Positions 39,001 through 51,400 of a stretch of 64,000 nt of DNA are shown piece by piece. Every line of letters begins with the position of its first letter. Position 1 is the first letter of the stretch. The notes under the pieces are model-generated. The model worked only from the letters and a program-made list of their open reading frames with translations, had not been told where the DNA came from and searched no databases. Source of the DNA: Monocercomonoides exilis PA203 (Eukaryota > Protista > Preaxostyla); contig LSRY02000049.1 in NCBI GenBank assembly GCA_001643675.2, positions 372,001 to 436,000 on the forward strand. The letters are read 5' to 3'. Position numbers and translations under genes: made by a program.

Positions 39001-40718
39001 CTCAGCAAAATTAACTTTTGTCTCTCTGTCACTATTATTGACATTTTCACATATGCCTTATCTTCCGCAGAGGCGCATCGAAATAGCTTCTGGAAACTTC
39101 CTCCTTCCGTGCCGCACCGGCGCTGCAGCTTTGCTCTCTTATTTTTGCAGTTGATTGAAGCATCGAGTCAGAGTAACGTGTTCCAATCGAAGAAGCCTGA
39201 TGTCGAGAAGATTTTGAAGGATCAGAATAAGACGAGGAAATGTACACAAACATTATCTCCACCATTATCTGCTTCGATTAAGTATTCTGCACATTAATCT
39301 AATTCTTTTTTCTTCCAGTAACTCTTAGATGATTCGTAATTGTTCTTTTCAGCCCATAAAAGATGCATTAGGATAGTTTAAAAGTTATTTCTTGAATTGA
39401 TAAGTGAAAATGATGAAGTATTGGAGATAAGTTTTGCTCACTTCATATTACTGACCTATTGTATGTAATTCTGAACATTTATTTGCTCTACGGAAAATGC
39501 TGTTTGTTTTGTGTGTCCGCTTCAAGAAAATATATACAGCCTGCATATGTGCATCTCTTCTGTTCCAGTGATCTCAAATAGCACTGAGTCTCGATAATTA
39601 TCACATGCAGAGTCATGCACAAGAGTGAGGTCATTGACAGTCAATGTTCCCATTGTTACAGAAAAAAAAGTCAAGCCAGCTTCTAATAATTCTGTTTACT
39701 CCGTTTTGTAAAAATTGCTTCTATCAGAAATTATGAATGTCCTCACACCATGGTTCACACTTGTTCATTTTGAAATAATTCTTGTGAGAATCACAATATT
39801 TTTTTCTAAGTTGGGGATCAGCTAAATTAAAAAATAACAAATAGAATTTAATAGATGGCTTTATTTCTTTCTGGTTGTTGTTGTTCTTTTCCAAATAAAT
39901 TCCTATGAAAAATAAGAATTACTCGAAATCTCACATTCATAGATGTTCAATGAGAATTTTTCATGACAATTTTTCATTGAATTTTACAATCATAAATGAT
40001 AAACTTTATCATATTGATTCTTGTCATATTCTTCAAATGTGCAGCTAAAAGTGCAGTCATCAATCTTTTCGCCTTTTAACTTTTATTTTAATAAAAAATG
40101 GCAGGAAGATTTGAAATCCATATTTGTAAATAAAGCAGTATCTCTCATCTTATCAGTCCAATCTTTCAGATGGAGTTTTGAGACTGGAAAGGTTAATATT
40201 GCTTGAGCAACAGACTTATGCTTGTGAAGCAAATTGACTTTCTTTGTGAATGAAATAGAGACGCAAAAATTTTTGAGAAACGCAGAAATCCCAATAATAG
40301 ATAGTGTACATTAAATTTTCATAACATGATTTAATAAATGTTCGATTTCCAAACCCTATGTTCAAATGTTGAATCCAAAAAGCGCACAAATTATAGATTG
40401 ATCATTAATGGAACAAATTTCGATTACCATGCTTCAAAACATCAATTTGTTTTTCGAAAGTGCTGTGGACAGTTTCATAACGATTATTTATATTAACCTG
40501 CATTCATTTATACTTGAAATAACAGATTTCATTCTGATCAAATACACAATATAAATCCAATATTTTCAAAACTTTTTTAATTCTCCTTAAAAGAATGCAT
40601 TTGTCAATTTAACATCGTTAATATGAACTTTATACATAAAAATTGAAGAAATTAAATCTGACTAAAAAATAGTGGTTCGAATTTTTGATATGTGGTGATT
40701 TTTCAAAAATTTTCACCC
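36002..40718. mobile_element. 4717-bp non-autonomous TIR element nested in Merlin and carrying gene fragments
   Basis: 24-bp TIR GGGTGAwAATTTTTGAAAAATCAC (one mismatch). 4-bp TSD AAAT at 35998-36001 and 40719-40722. No transposase motif recognised inside. Confidence 0.85.
39020..40300 (-). pseudogene. Decayed fragment of a beta-helix-type surface-protein gene carried inside the nested element; a further piece probably lies at ~36650-36930
   Basis: Reverse translation gives EAGLTFFSVTMGTLTVNDLTLVHDSACDNYRDSVLFEITGTEEMHICRL and QTAFSVEQINVQN, with stops and frameshifts. The alternating beta pattern recalls oxymonad multicopy surface proteins (recalled, not searched). Confidence 0.5.
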
Positions 40719-41781
40719 AAATAGTCCCCAAGACACTTTTCTCTGCATCCAGTTCTTGGAAAATATTTCCGAAAATTCATCCACAATCCTTCGACAGTGT
40801 TAGTGCAGGAATGTGTAATTTTGTTTTTGAATTCTCGCTTGTGACAGACAGTATCATGAGCGTAACCATAATCTTTCAATCTGGCATAAGCCTTCCTTTC
40901 ATCGCTCATAATCCGAGTTCCAGGAAGAATTTTGTCTCGTGTTATTGGAACCAATGTCTCAGCCTTCCTATTTGGCACAATCATCACAAAGTTCTTTCCC
41001 GCACCTCCATCTGGTTTCCTTTCCACAGCTCTAAATATCCAAATTTGTCTCTTCTTTTTCCCTCGCCCATACTTTCTGCGCCTCTAAACCGCTTCGTCGA
41101 TCTCCACAATTCTTCCCGTCCCTCCTCCAACAGCTTGATTTTTGTTCCAAATAGATGTGCATCTGACTCGAATAACGCTCGTCCAATAATGCATTGTGTT
41201 TTCACTTATTCCAAGCAGTTCACCAATGTGTGCGGCTAATATTCCAATGTCATTATACAATACAATCATCAAAAACTTTCTCAGTGGTATTTTCGATTTT
41301 TCCAAAGATGCGTTTTTAAAAGACTGTCAGTTTTTTGACAAATTTTCTGTATCTCCCGAACTTGTAATATTTGCCTCCGGATGAGAATATCATTTAGCAT
41401 TTATCATGTCTGCATTCAGGAGCTTCTCCTTCCAGCGCATTTTCGAAATACCATTTCCAAGCACTCATTTCATCCGAAAATATATTGTTGAGTTCACAAA
41501 TAGGTGTTTTTGTGAACATTCGTTGTGACAAAGACATTTGATGAATGTTTGATCAAACCCAAAAATACTTTAAAATAACCTTTTATCAAAAAATAAAAAC
41601 TATATAGAAGGTCACTTTCCGCAAGTTTTTTGGAGATAATAATTGCTTAATAATTTAAAATAAATCATCAAAAACGGAAAAAAACTTATTCCAGGTGTTC
41701 CCATATCTTCAGGTCTTGCCAAAAATATCCAAGAAAAATTCCACTGTCAATTTTCGGTTTTTTGAAAATATGAAAATATCA

Positions 41782-43326
41782 TTGTTGGTTGAAAACCTGG
41801 GAAAAAGAAGACAACCCGGGAAATTTTCTTTATGATCACACACTTTGTGTGTTGTTATGTGAAAACAACGAGAGAAATATAACCTTCGCAAATTTATATC
41901 TTTTCTTTCTTCGTCTGAATATAGAAAGAATTCAACAAGGCAGCTAAGAATCCTTAAAATAGTCCAAAAAATTGGTTTCAGAGCATCAGATGTATTCAAA
42001 GCAGGATTGATTTCGAAGGGTGCATACCACAGAGTTGTTAAGGCGAAAAATGAACATTGATATGTCGGAATAAATGGAAGACACTGGAAAATAAGAAAAA
42101 AGCATCGCGATGGAATATCAATGCAAATTAAAAATGATTCACACCATCTCAAAGGAACATCTGCAAAGCAATGCACAAAGGCGGTTTGAATGTTATTATT
42201 TCATTTTTTTAATTATTTTTTTATTATAAATAGGATCGTTTCATTTATTCTTCAAAAAAGAACGAATGCGTTAATAAAAAGGATGTGAATAAAAAGTGGA
42301 GTTATTCTGTTTCTTCCAAAATAAAAGGATATTCATTAAAAAAGACTTCAAAACTTCCAATAAATAGAATCAAACACTCAACAAAGCTCATTCTGCTTCC
42401 TTTTTTTTGAAGAGTTGTAAGAATTAAAAAAGAAGATAAAATATTCACTCCTGTTAATATTTAATCTTGATGAAACAAATATTCAAAGAGACACAACTGA
42501 ATGAACGAAGATAGTTCCTCTGCCGGATTGTCCCAGCCCAATTTCTCAAGAAGCACCTCTTCCTCCATCATTTTCCTTGCTTTAACTTATTTCTGCTTAC
42601 GGGGAACATTGTGAAAAACTTCTGTGATCAGTCATTCCACATCACTTCCTCAGGAATATGCACAGACCAACTCCGACAACTTTGTTTTTACTGCTTCTTC
42701 AAAGAAAGGAATGGATTCTTCTTTATTTTTTGACCTATTAAAATATGCAGTAGCTGATTCAATTGATAGAAGAAGAAAACTAATTGGATTATCAAACTTT
42801 CCTGCGTGAATGCATATGGATGGTGCAACAACCCACACGAGCAAAGATGTTTTGGAGCTGGCAAAGGAAAATAGGATCGATATTGTATTTCCTCCTTCGC
42901 ACACCTCGCACATCGTCCAGCCATAAGATAAATATGTCAATGCAAACATTAAGAGAATTATTTCCACTACTGAAACAGACTTTGTGCGAAGCAATGCCGC
43001 ATCAAACAGATCCAACTTCGTCAAAAAAACTTAAAGAAGCATTATCAGAAGTGTAAAAGACATCTGCCATCGTCGCATCTTTCAGGGATTCTGGTATTTG
43101 GCCCTTATAATCCTGAAGTTATACTGAAGAGCCTCTGTGAAACATCTCCTATTGAAGGTTGCGAAGCTTCCATCAACAAAACCAACTTGATAAATTACTC
43201 GAAGTGCAGAATTTTGACATTCGACTAAAGTTTTTTCAAATATTCACATTGAACATTTCATTGTATCTTTTTTTAATAACTGTTTTCTGTAAATAATAAT
43301 AATTTACTCGGGTTATCGACCAACTA
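41782..43326 (+). mobile_element. Degenerate pogo/Fot1-type (DDE_1) transposon with pseudogenised transposase
   Basis: IFNLDET (~42460), MDGATTH followed 35 codons later by PPSHTSHIVQP*D (D35D spacing), and SFRDSGIWP. Multiple stops. Degenerate TIR TwGTTGGTyGAwAACCyGrG with TA at 43327-43328. Confidence 0.8.
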
Positions 43327-44174
43327 TATGTGAAAAAGAAGATTAAAAATTCGGCAACACAAAAAAGATCCAATAAATTAAAAAGTGACAAAAATTAAAA
43401 GGCAAGAAATATCGTTCCATATGTATTATTTCTTCAGTTGTTTTCTTTATCTTTTTTTATTTTTTCATTTTTTTCCCCTTCAATTTATTTATTTATTTGT
43501 TTTTTTTTTGAAGATGGTTAGAATGCACCACAATTCAAAACCTTAAAAATCAAAAAGATGATTTCTTATAATCCATTTTCAAGAAGAAATTCCATCATCA
43601 AATCTCCGGGTTTTTGAGAAAAATATTTTCGAAAATTATGGGTTAGTATTAACTTTATTTGTGATGGACCCATTTTTGTTACAATGATGTCTCACATTTC
43701 AGATTACAAATCAAATATTTTTCTAAAACAATATTATTCCAAAATGCAAAAGCAACATGGAATTGGATAAAGAGGTTTATTCCATTTGCAGCGAACAGAA
43801 AATGAACAAATTTCAGTAAAATTTTCTCCAAAGAATCTCGAGATCGTTGCAGGAATAAAAAGTGATGCATGTGTTGTCAAAACAACTCATTGTTAAGTAT
43901 TACTCTTTTCAAAAAATTCAAAAATTCTTGTTGAGAGAAAAATTGTGATATTTTTTATGATTCTGGATAAAAAATTGAAATGAATCATTGCAGCTTGCTA
44001 ACTGATGTTTCTCGACAAACTACTGGCGATTTTTATTCCATTTTAAGAACAGGCATGGTTGATTGTGGAACACATTTTTTGAAAAGCTTGGTGGACCTGC
44101 AATGATCATCGAAATAAATGAAGCAATTCAACGAAAAAGAAATTTTTGAAAAAAAAGAAGAAAGAAAGAAATAT

Positions 44175-44442
44175 GGGGGAAAATACATACTTTTAAGCTT
44201 TTTTTGTTATAAGCACAAAAAAATTGCTTCACTCTCAACTTTATTTCACTTTCTTTAATTTCATGAGAAATCTGATTTTCATATCTGTAAACAGGCATCA
44301 TTGAAATCAATGCAAAAAGTTATCCAACATTTCACGAATGTCAAAAAATGGACCCATTTTTATTGTGTTTTTTGAAATGAAAAAGTTAATGAAAAGTGCA
44401 TAATTTTTCAATGAAAATGCCTGAAGCTAAATACTTTGTCCA
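44175..44442. mobile_element. Diverged second copy of the 268-bp GGGG MITE
   Basis: atat|GGGGGAAAATAC ... TTTTTCAATGAAAATGCCTGAAGCTAAATACTTTGTCCA|aaat. Same length as, and collinear with, 16800-17067. Confidence 0.65.
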
Positions 44443-44446
44443 AAAT

Positions 44447-44703
44447 GGGTGATTATATTTGAAATCCTATATTTTCTGTCATATTTTCCTTATTGAATTT
44501 TCGTCATTAATATTCATAAATTACCACTGAAAAGCGATAGAGCAATAATGTCACGTCTCTTCTTATTCTTCAGATCAAACAGTGGCTTTAGAAATAATAT
44601 AAAAACATTCAAAATATGCATGAAATTAAAAAGCAAATGACAATGAAATTACATAAAAATAAACACCCTAAAAATTTTTTTTTGATTTCAAAAAATATCA
44701 CCC
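44447..44703. mobile_element. 257-bp MITE with GGGTGAT termini related to the 4.7-kb nested element
   Basis: GGGTGATTATATTTGAAATC ... GATTTCAAAAAATATCACCC. Left flank AAAT, right flank ATTA (imperfect TSD). Confidence 0.65.
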
Positions 44704-45444
44704 ATTAATTTTTCAAGTGAAAAGTGATTTTTTTTTCCTTTTCTTTCTTTCTTTTTCTTTTTTCTTTTTTTCTAATCTTGTCTTATCTAATCTAATCTAA
44801 TCTTTTCTTTTTTCGAGTATTTTTCATCTAACAATCAAAATGAACATTTTTATTACTTTAAATAAAATGTGTAAATAATTTGTGAATCTTTTAGCAACAA
44901 CTGATGATTCAAAATGATTCAAAAATTCCTTCTCAATCAATTTATTTGTATGATGTGTATCGAAGATGATTTTGTTAAAAAAACAGAAAACTACATATTA
45001 ACATGAACGAAGAAATATGGAAAAGAATATAACAGAAACCAGTTGCATCGTGCTTGCTGGTGTTGTAAAAAAAAATTATGGTTAATATTCTCGGACGAGT
45101 AAAATAAAACTTTGCACACAAATGTTTCAAAAAACTAATCTGACTGAAAAAATGAAAGAAAATATAACTACTCAATTCTAAATAGTTCACATGATTAATA
45201 CATATTCACAGGACATCCACAAAACAACATACGCGAGCGTTATGAAATGTGATTGCTGGATTGTTACATATGAGCATATCAACAAAATGTTCAAGCAGCC
45301 ATTCGAACTTTTGCTTTGCTGTAATCTGAAAATCCCAAATGAAAAACTTCATTCAGCAACAAGCAATTAATGCTTTTAAATTATAATTGTGTTGTCTGTG
45401 CAATTATTGTCATTGTTCTTTTTTCTTTCCAATTTTATCTTCTT

Positions 45445-48400
45445 TCATTGATTTGATTCAGAGCAAGATGCAAGGAGTCGAAGCTCAGAAACATTCACAT
45501 TCGAATCTTCATCGTATGTGATCGCATCCGAAACGGTGAATATCACAGCCCCAGCCGGAAAGTGCTCCAACAGCTCCCGCTTCATCCCAATCAGCGTCGG
45601 CCTGGCTTTCTTGTCCTCTGAAAGCGCTGCCAGGATCACTTCGTCATACGACGAGTTCGCCTTCGAGCAGTTCGGCCTCTCCCCATTCAGAATCTTCTGC
45701 CCCGCCACCACTGCCTCATACTCCCCAAACGGGATCTTCAGCGTCACACACTCCCAGAGCATCATCCCAACAGAAAACACAACTGTCTTCTTCGATCCCT
45801 GGCTCTTTGTTCCATTCAGCAGCTCTGGCGCCTTCCACCTCATGCACTCGTTCTTGCTGTCTTCCTCATCCTCAAATGCTGATGAGGGCAGAGAGTCTCT
45901 GTCATCATCATCACTTGTTGATGTGACAACAGTTGACGAAGAGATGGAGGATGAATCTGGATCCGAGTCTGACGAGCAGTCTGAGTGCATCGCTATTGTG
46001 ATCACCATGTGCTCAGAGAACAGCACAATGTGGGGATTCAGATTTGTCAGCGATTGAAGTGGATTATCCATCTCGTCAAAGGAGTGAAGTGCCCCATTCG
46101 CCACCCAGAACAGGATCTGAGCAGCTGTCAACTCCCTCTCCTTCAATGATCCAATTGCCATTTCTTTCTTCTCATTCTTTCCATGAAGCAGCATAAACAG
46201 TGAATCCCTCAAGTCAACAATCAATTTCTCATGAGGAGATGAGCAAGCCATCGCATCCACCAGATTCGACATTGATGATGTGGTTGGACATAGATCCTCC
46301 CCTCGAACAAAAGTTGAATCAGAATCGGTCGTTGAAGTGGATGAGATGGATGGAGAAGGAGTTCTCTTTCTAATTTCTTCTTCTTCATCTTTCTCCAGAA
46401 TCCATTGAGGGATCTTGTCTGAATCTCTTCCAAGGATATATTCAGTCGATCCGCTCTCAGATAGAAGATGCTCTGATGATTCTGAATGCTGAAGGCTTTT
46501 CGCATATACCCTCTTCTTCATCCTTTCATCATTCTTCTTCTCTGCCTCCCTCTCTGCTCTCCTCCACTGCTCTTCTGGTGACATCTCCATCGTTACCATT
46601 TCAAACGCCTTCGGATCTTTCTTCACAGTCTCATTCACAATCTCTTCTAATTCCCTTGTTCTTCTCTTTTGCTTTTTCCATCGAACAACAAACAGAATAA
46701 ATCCAATGAGAACAATCAAAAACAAAACAGTTAATACAACAACAATAATTGTCCATATTGACTTTCCTTTCTTTCCTCCTTCGACAATCCTTTCATCTCC
46801 TTTTGATTCTGAGACACTCTTGTTTTTCAGAATGAATGACTCAGTTGCGGATGGCGAATCAGTTTTTCCAAACAGAATACATACCATCACTTCTGCTTCA
46901 CTTGGCACACCTTCAATTGTCTTGACAGGAACAGACCCATGCACCTCTTCTTCTGAAATCACACCATTTTCATCAAACAAATATTTCTCAACCACCTCTT
47001 CATCCACAACTGCTGCAACTGTTTCGAATGAGAGATTGCAAGGGAGGAGAAGTGATCCTCTGAACACAAGATTCACCTTCTCCCCTGACTTTTCAGCTGA
47101 CACACTCTCCACCTTCGGGATGAAAAAGGGAGATGCCCTTTCTCTGGCAATCCCTTCCAATGAACATCCTTCATCCAATATCCAAAGTGAGAGATTTGGC
47201 AATGTTCCATCTCCTCCTTTCAAACTCACAACATTCAGTTGTGAAGAGCCTTCACACAGGATGTTCCTTCTTGCTGATGGATAATTCTGAATAGATGGAT
47301 TGTTGTTCATGAACTCTCCTTTCTCAATCTCAACAGATCCACCTGACAATGAAAGTCCTCCGTTTTCTGAATTTGCCAGCATCGAATCCTTCATCAATCC
47401 GGAACAATTTTGAAGATCAACCATGGATCCATTCCACCAGCACAGATTTTCGAATGAATCTTCGTTTATTCCAAGCTGTTGCTCACCTTTTGCCCCATCA
47501 AATGAACATGAAGATAAGTTAACATCAGCCAAATCTGTCAAAGTCACAATTCTCCCTTTATCTGAAGAAGATATGCATTTTTGGCTGGTGCAGTTCTCCA
47601 ATTCTAGCAATAAAGATGAAGATGAAGCAGTCAAGCAACACGGGCCAAACGAATCTCTGGTAATATTTCGATATGAAGACTGCTTTAACCGGAATGTCGA
47701 CGCATTTGATGCCACACTCACTGCACATCCATCTCCAAGCTTCGCGTTGCAAATGGCCAAGAAATTCATCTCAACATTTGCATCTTCGCATTCAACAAAA
47801 AGCAAAGAATTATTTGAAACGTGCGTATCATCGAATTCCAAGTGACTGCACTGGATGTTTGAACTGCCTTCTGAACCATCTGAACAAATGGCTATCATAT
47901 TTGATCTGCATTCAGTTCCTCTCAACTGAACATACTGCAGCTTGGAACTTTTGCAGTTCTGAAAAATCATGGCAGATCGATCAAATATGCTGCTGGAAAT
48001 AAGCACTTGCTGCACAGACAGGTTTGCTAGATTGTGGAAATCAAATAACTCTTTGCAATTCATATCAGAAATGTTCAAGTTCATAAACAAGCAATATCGT
48101 CCCCCTCTTGCTGCCACGCATGAAGAGCTAAGATGAAGGGAAGCAAAAGTGCATCCGTTGATCGATAGTCTGCCATTCTCCACAAGAATGATGGAGCAGT
48201 TCAATTTCATTTCAGAGTCTCCACTCCAATCTTCTTGAGCAAATGCTGTATCAACAATCGACAAGCTACCGTCAGTCAGCAATAACAAGCTGGAATGCGA
48301 AGAAGAAAAAGCGCTTCCAAACAAAAACGAAAGAAATTCCATTTTCACTCTCGATGAACACAAAATGAGACTACCCGTCTTGCTGCCGATGCTGTTGTTC

Positions 48401-51400
48401 AGCACAATATTCCCTCTTTCTTCTTCTGCATCCAGCGACTTGATCGAAACATCATGGATGCTTGCTTCACCAGATACCAGAGAAATCTCGTCGATGAGCA
48501 AATTGCTGTAAACAGAAGGAATGATGTGAGACAATGCAACATTCAAGGAAGAGCAGGGCGCACTGATAGCTCCGCATTGGCGTGAATCCGAGGTGTTGTT
48601 GGCTGAAGAAGAGGCAAATATCGTCTCGCTCTGATACCCAACAATCAGCTCCAACAAATCTTCCTCGTCATAATAATTCTGTGCTGTGCATCCCCACATG
48701 GCACGATCCCGAACAAACGGAGGTCTGAAGTCGAGCTGGAAGAGCTCAATGCTGATTTGAGATCTGATATTTGTGCATCTCACATACAGATCTCGTCCTG
48801 TGAGCGCCTTGTTATTCATAAAAGTTGTGTTTTCCAAGAGGAAAGGCAGCGCGCTATCGCTTGCAATTGATGAGCAATCCAGAAATATCGCGCCTCCTCT
48901 GCCAGTCGCCGAGCAGAAGCATCCAGAGATCGAACAAAAGTTGCAGTGGAACAACGAGCCTTCGCTCAATTTCATGGCAATGCATCCGCCATTCTCACTC
49001 AGGCTGCTTCCGCTGCTCTTGATCGACGTGTTTTGGACAAGCACGCGGGAAGGCTCGCTTCCACAGCAGCTGATGATCGACGGCTCAGAAGGAGCACTTT
49101 GGCGAAGCGAGAAAAGCGTGCAGCATTTCAGCTCAACTCTTGGACTGTCGCCTTCATTCAACATCTGTGGCTCGCCTCGCAATTCTGCCTGCGCCAGCAC
49201 TGCCACAATGCTTTTGCCCATCAGCTCCATGTTGCTCATCGAAACATTCGTCCAGTCAATGCTGCTCCCATGCGAGGCTATCAGAATGTGACTTTCGGCT
49301 TTGATGGACTGGAACGAGCAGAATGACAATTCGCATGTTCCAGACAGGCAGGCAACGATGCAATAACGAATGGGGGTGTCGGAGGTGCTGGTGAAGGAGC
49401 AGCCTTGAGCGGCAAAGGAGCTGCCACCAGTGCTTATCAGCTTCGTCTGTTTCCACCCAGAGCCATCCCCGCAGCAGATCTCAATGTTCATCAAGGAGCA
49501 TTTTCCATTGTTTGCAAGCACACAATCGCTCTCTTCTTCCTTCCCGTTCTGAGGCGAAATGGCTGCTCCGAAAGTCAGGACAGGACGAGACTTGGCATCA
49601 ACCGAAGTCACAGTGACGTTTGTAATGTCCATCTCGCAGTTCACCTGAGCTTCATCGATGATCACGAAAGTGTTCATGCTTGGTAGCGCTGGATCTTCCA
49701 AAGCACGAAAATGCTTCTCCCCATACTCCATTGTTGCACACGGCTCTTCTCCACTCCCACACCGCAGAACATCCCACCCGCTGTTCTTGCTGAGATGGAT
49801 TTCTTGAGAAGAAAATTCAATCAGAAATCGGCACAGATCGAAGTTTGTTTTTGTGGGGTCGTTCCCTACGAGCAGATTTGTATCGCCTGCTGTCTCACTC
49901 ACTTCAAATGCCAATCTCTGCTTTGTGATCGAAACGTTCAGGCCTGACGAAAGAAAGAACATGTTTTTCCCATGCTTTGCAGAGCATTGATCGAAGACTA
50001 TCTGCTGGAAGGAGAATGCATTGGAAGCCGAGCAGTCGAAATAGATGCCTCCTCCCTTTCCACCTGTTTCATTTTCGGCACAGCATTTTGTAAATGTGGC
50101 ATTTTCCATCACAATCTGACCTTGTGTCTCAACAACAATTTTCATCGCACCTCCCTCCATGCTCTGGGCGCCTTTGGCATTCGTGACATTCCAGTACAAA
50201 CACTCAATATGGCTCGAAATTGAGGATGAAATCAACACAGCGTTGTTTGCATTGCCATTAGCTATCCCTGAAAAAGTGCATTGTGTAAGACAGACAGCCT
50301 CGTCACTCGTTGTGAAGTCGTTCAGCTGTTTAGATGTTAACGATGAAATCACACCGATGAGAGGCTGATCGCCAATGTCTGTGTTTTTCACATTCAATGA
50401 AATAATCGTTGTTGGAGCGCTGGCTGTGTTTTCGCTCACTGCGATAGGCGTATGCTGAAGATTCACTAAATCAATCTGACAGTTGTCCATATTGAGACTT
50501 CCTCCGCACATCTGAAACAGCCTGTAACCTATCTGGCTGACCTCGCCCTGCTGCATCTCGAATGCACACTCTGTCAGCGACAGGTTGCTCTCAGAAGTCA
50601 AGGATATTAACGTTTCGATCTCAGCATCAAAAGAAGAAGGAAGCAAAAAGCTGATTAACTCTATGGATGCATTCCCCGTGGCTGCCATCACTTTTCCAGT
50701 CAGAGCATTCAGCGATTTGGTACAGGTTATTCCAGCTCGTAAATCATCTGATGATCTCAAGATCAAATCGGGATGATTCAGTTCGCTCTCAATTATCGCT
50801 GATTTGACGATAGCAATTACATTTGCGCTCACCTCTTCCAGTCTTTTCATGCAACAGTCAACCGATTGGCACGGATAATCCGAGAACCCACACACCACAG
50901 TGTCAGCACCATCCTCGCTTCCAACATGGATTATGCTTCCAACTTCCTCCAGAAATAGAACCAACGGAATCGAGTGCTCATGATCATTTCCATCGAACCC
51001 ACGCAAACTGTCGAAGGAGCTGTGTCCAAGCGCATTAGCAAAAGGGAGCGTTTCGTTTGTAATCGATTCCTCGAGGTCTGGGGATTGAACAAACAAGTTG
51101 TTTCCATGCTTCGCTTTATTCGGCTTTTCTGATGAAAAAGAAGGATTTGTGATGGCAAATGCTGCATCTGAGTGCTCAAGATTCAGAAAGATCCCTCCCC
51201 CGAATCCCACCTGCGAATCGAAAGGTGCCTCGCATTCTTCGAAGGAACAACCAGAAATTGTTGCTGAGCATGTGTTTGGTAGCGAGAGGAACAGCGCCCC
51301 TCCTCCATTTCCATCACCAGAAACAACACAATGCTCAAAAGTGCATCCGCTTATTGAGGCAGTGCAGGCATCCTCAAACCCTTCTCTCCACACTGCATTC

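Larger units (their letters stand above)
35739..41537 (-). pseudogene. Merlin/ISXO2-like DDE transposase (~358 codons), split into 40719-41537 and 35739-35997
   Basis: Motifs EKSKIPL, GGGTGRIVEIDE, RKYGRG, VPNRKAETL, ILPGTRIMSD, VCHKREF, TNTVEGLW. Stops at 41394 and 41084 and a frameshift near 41320. Removing the insert gives ...LGDYL-SMWSVRSNLQIQFEELIKEI... Confidence 0.88.
35545..41720 (-). mobile_element. Merlin (IS1016/IS1595-like) DNA transposon, ~1455 bp when the nested insertion is removed
   Basis: Imperfect TIRs GGCAAGACC-N5-ATATGGGAA (19/23 identical). Exact 8-bp TSD AAAAATAT at 35537-35544 and 41721-41728. Contains an ISXO2-type transposase. Confidence 0.9.

Noticed and set aside
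41084-41086. In-frame TAG/TAA in transposases as evidence of stop-codon reassignment (TAR=Gln, as in Streblomastix)
   Set aside because: Conserved genes here end in TAA (Y14, TBC), their spliced frames contain no internal TAR, and the transposases also carry frameshifts. The stops are pseudogene lesions.
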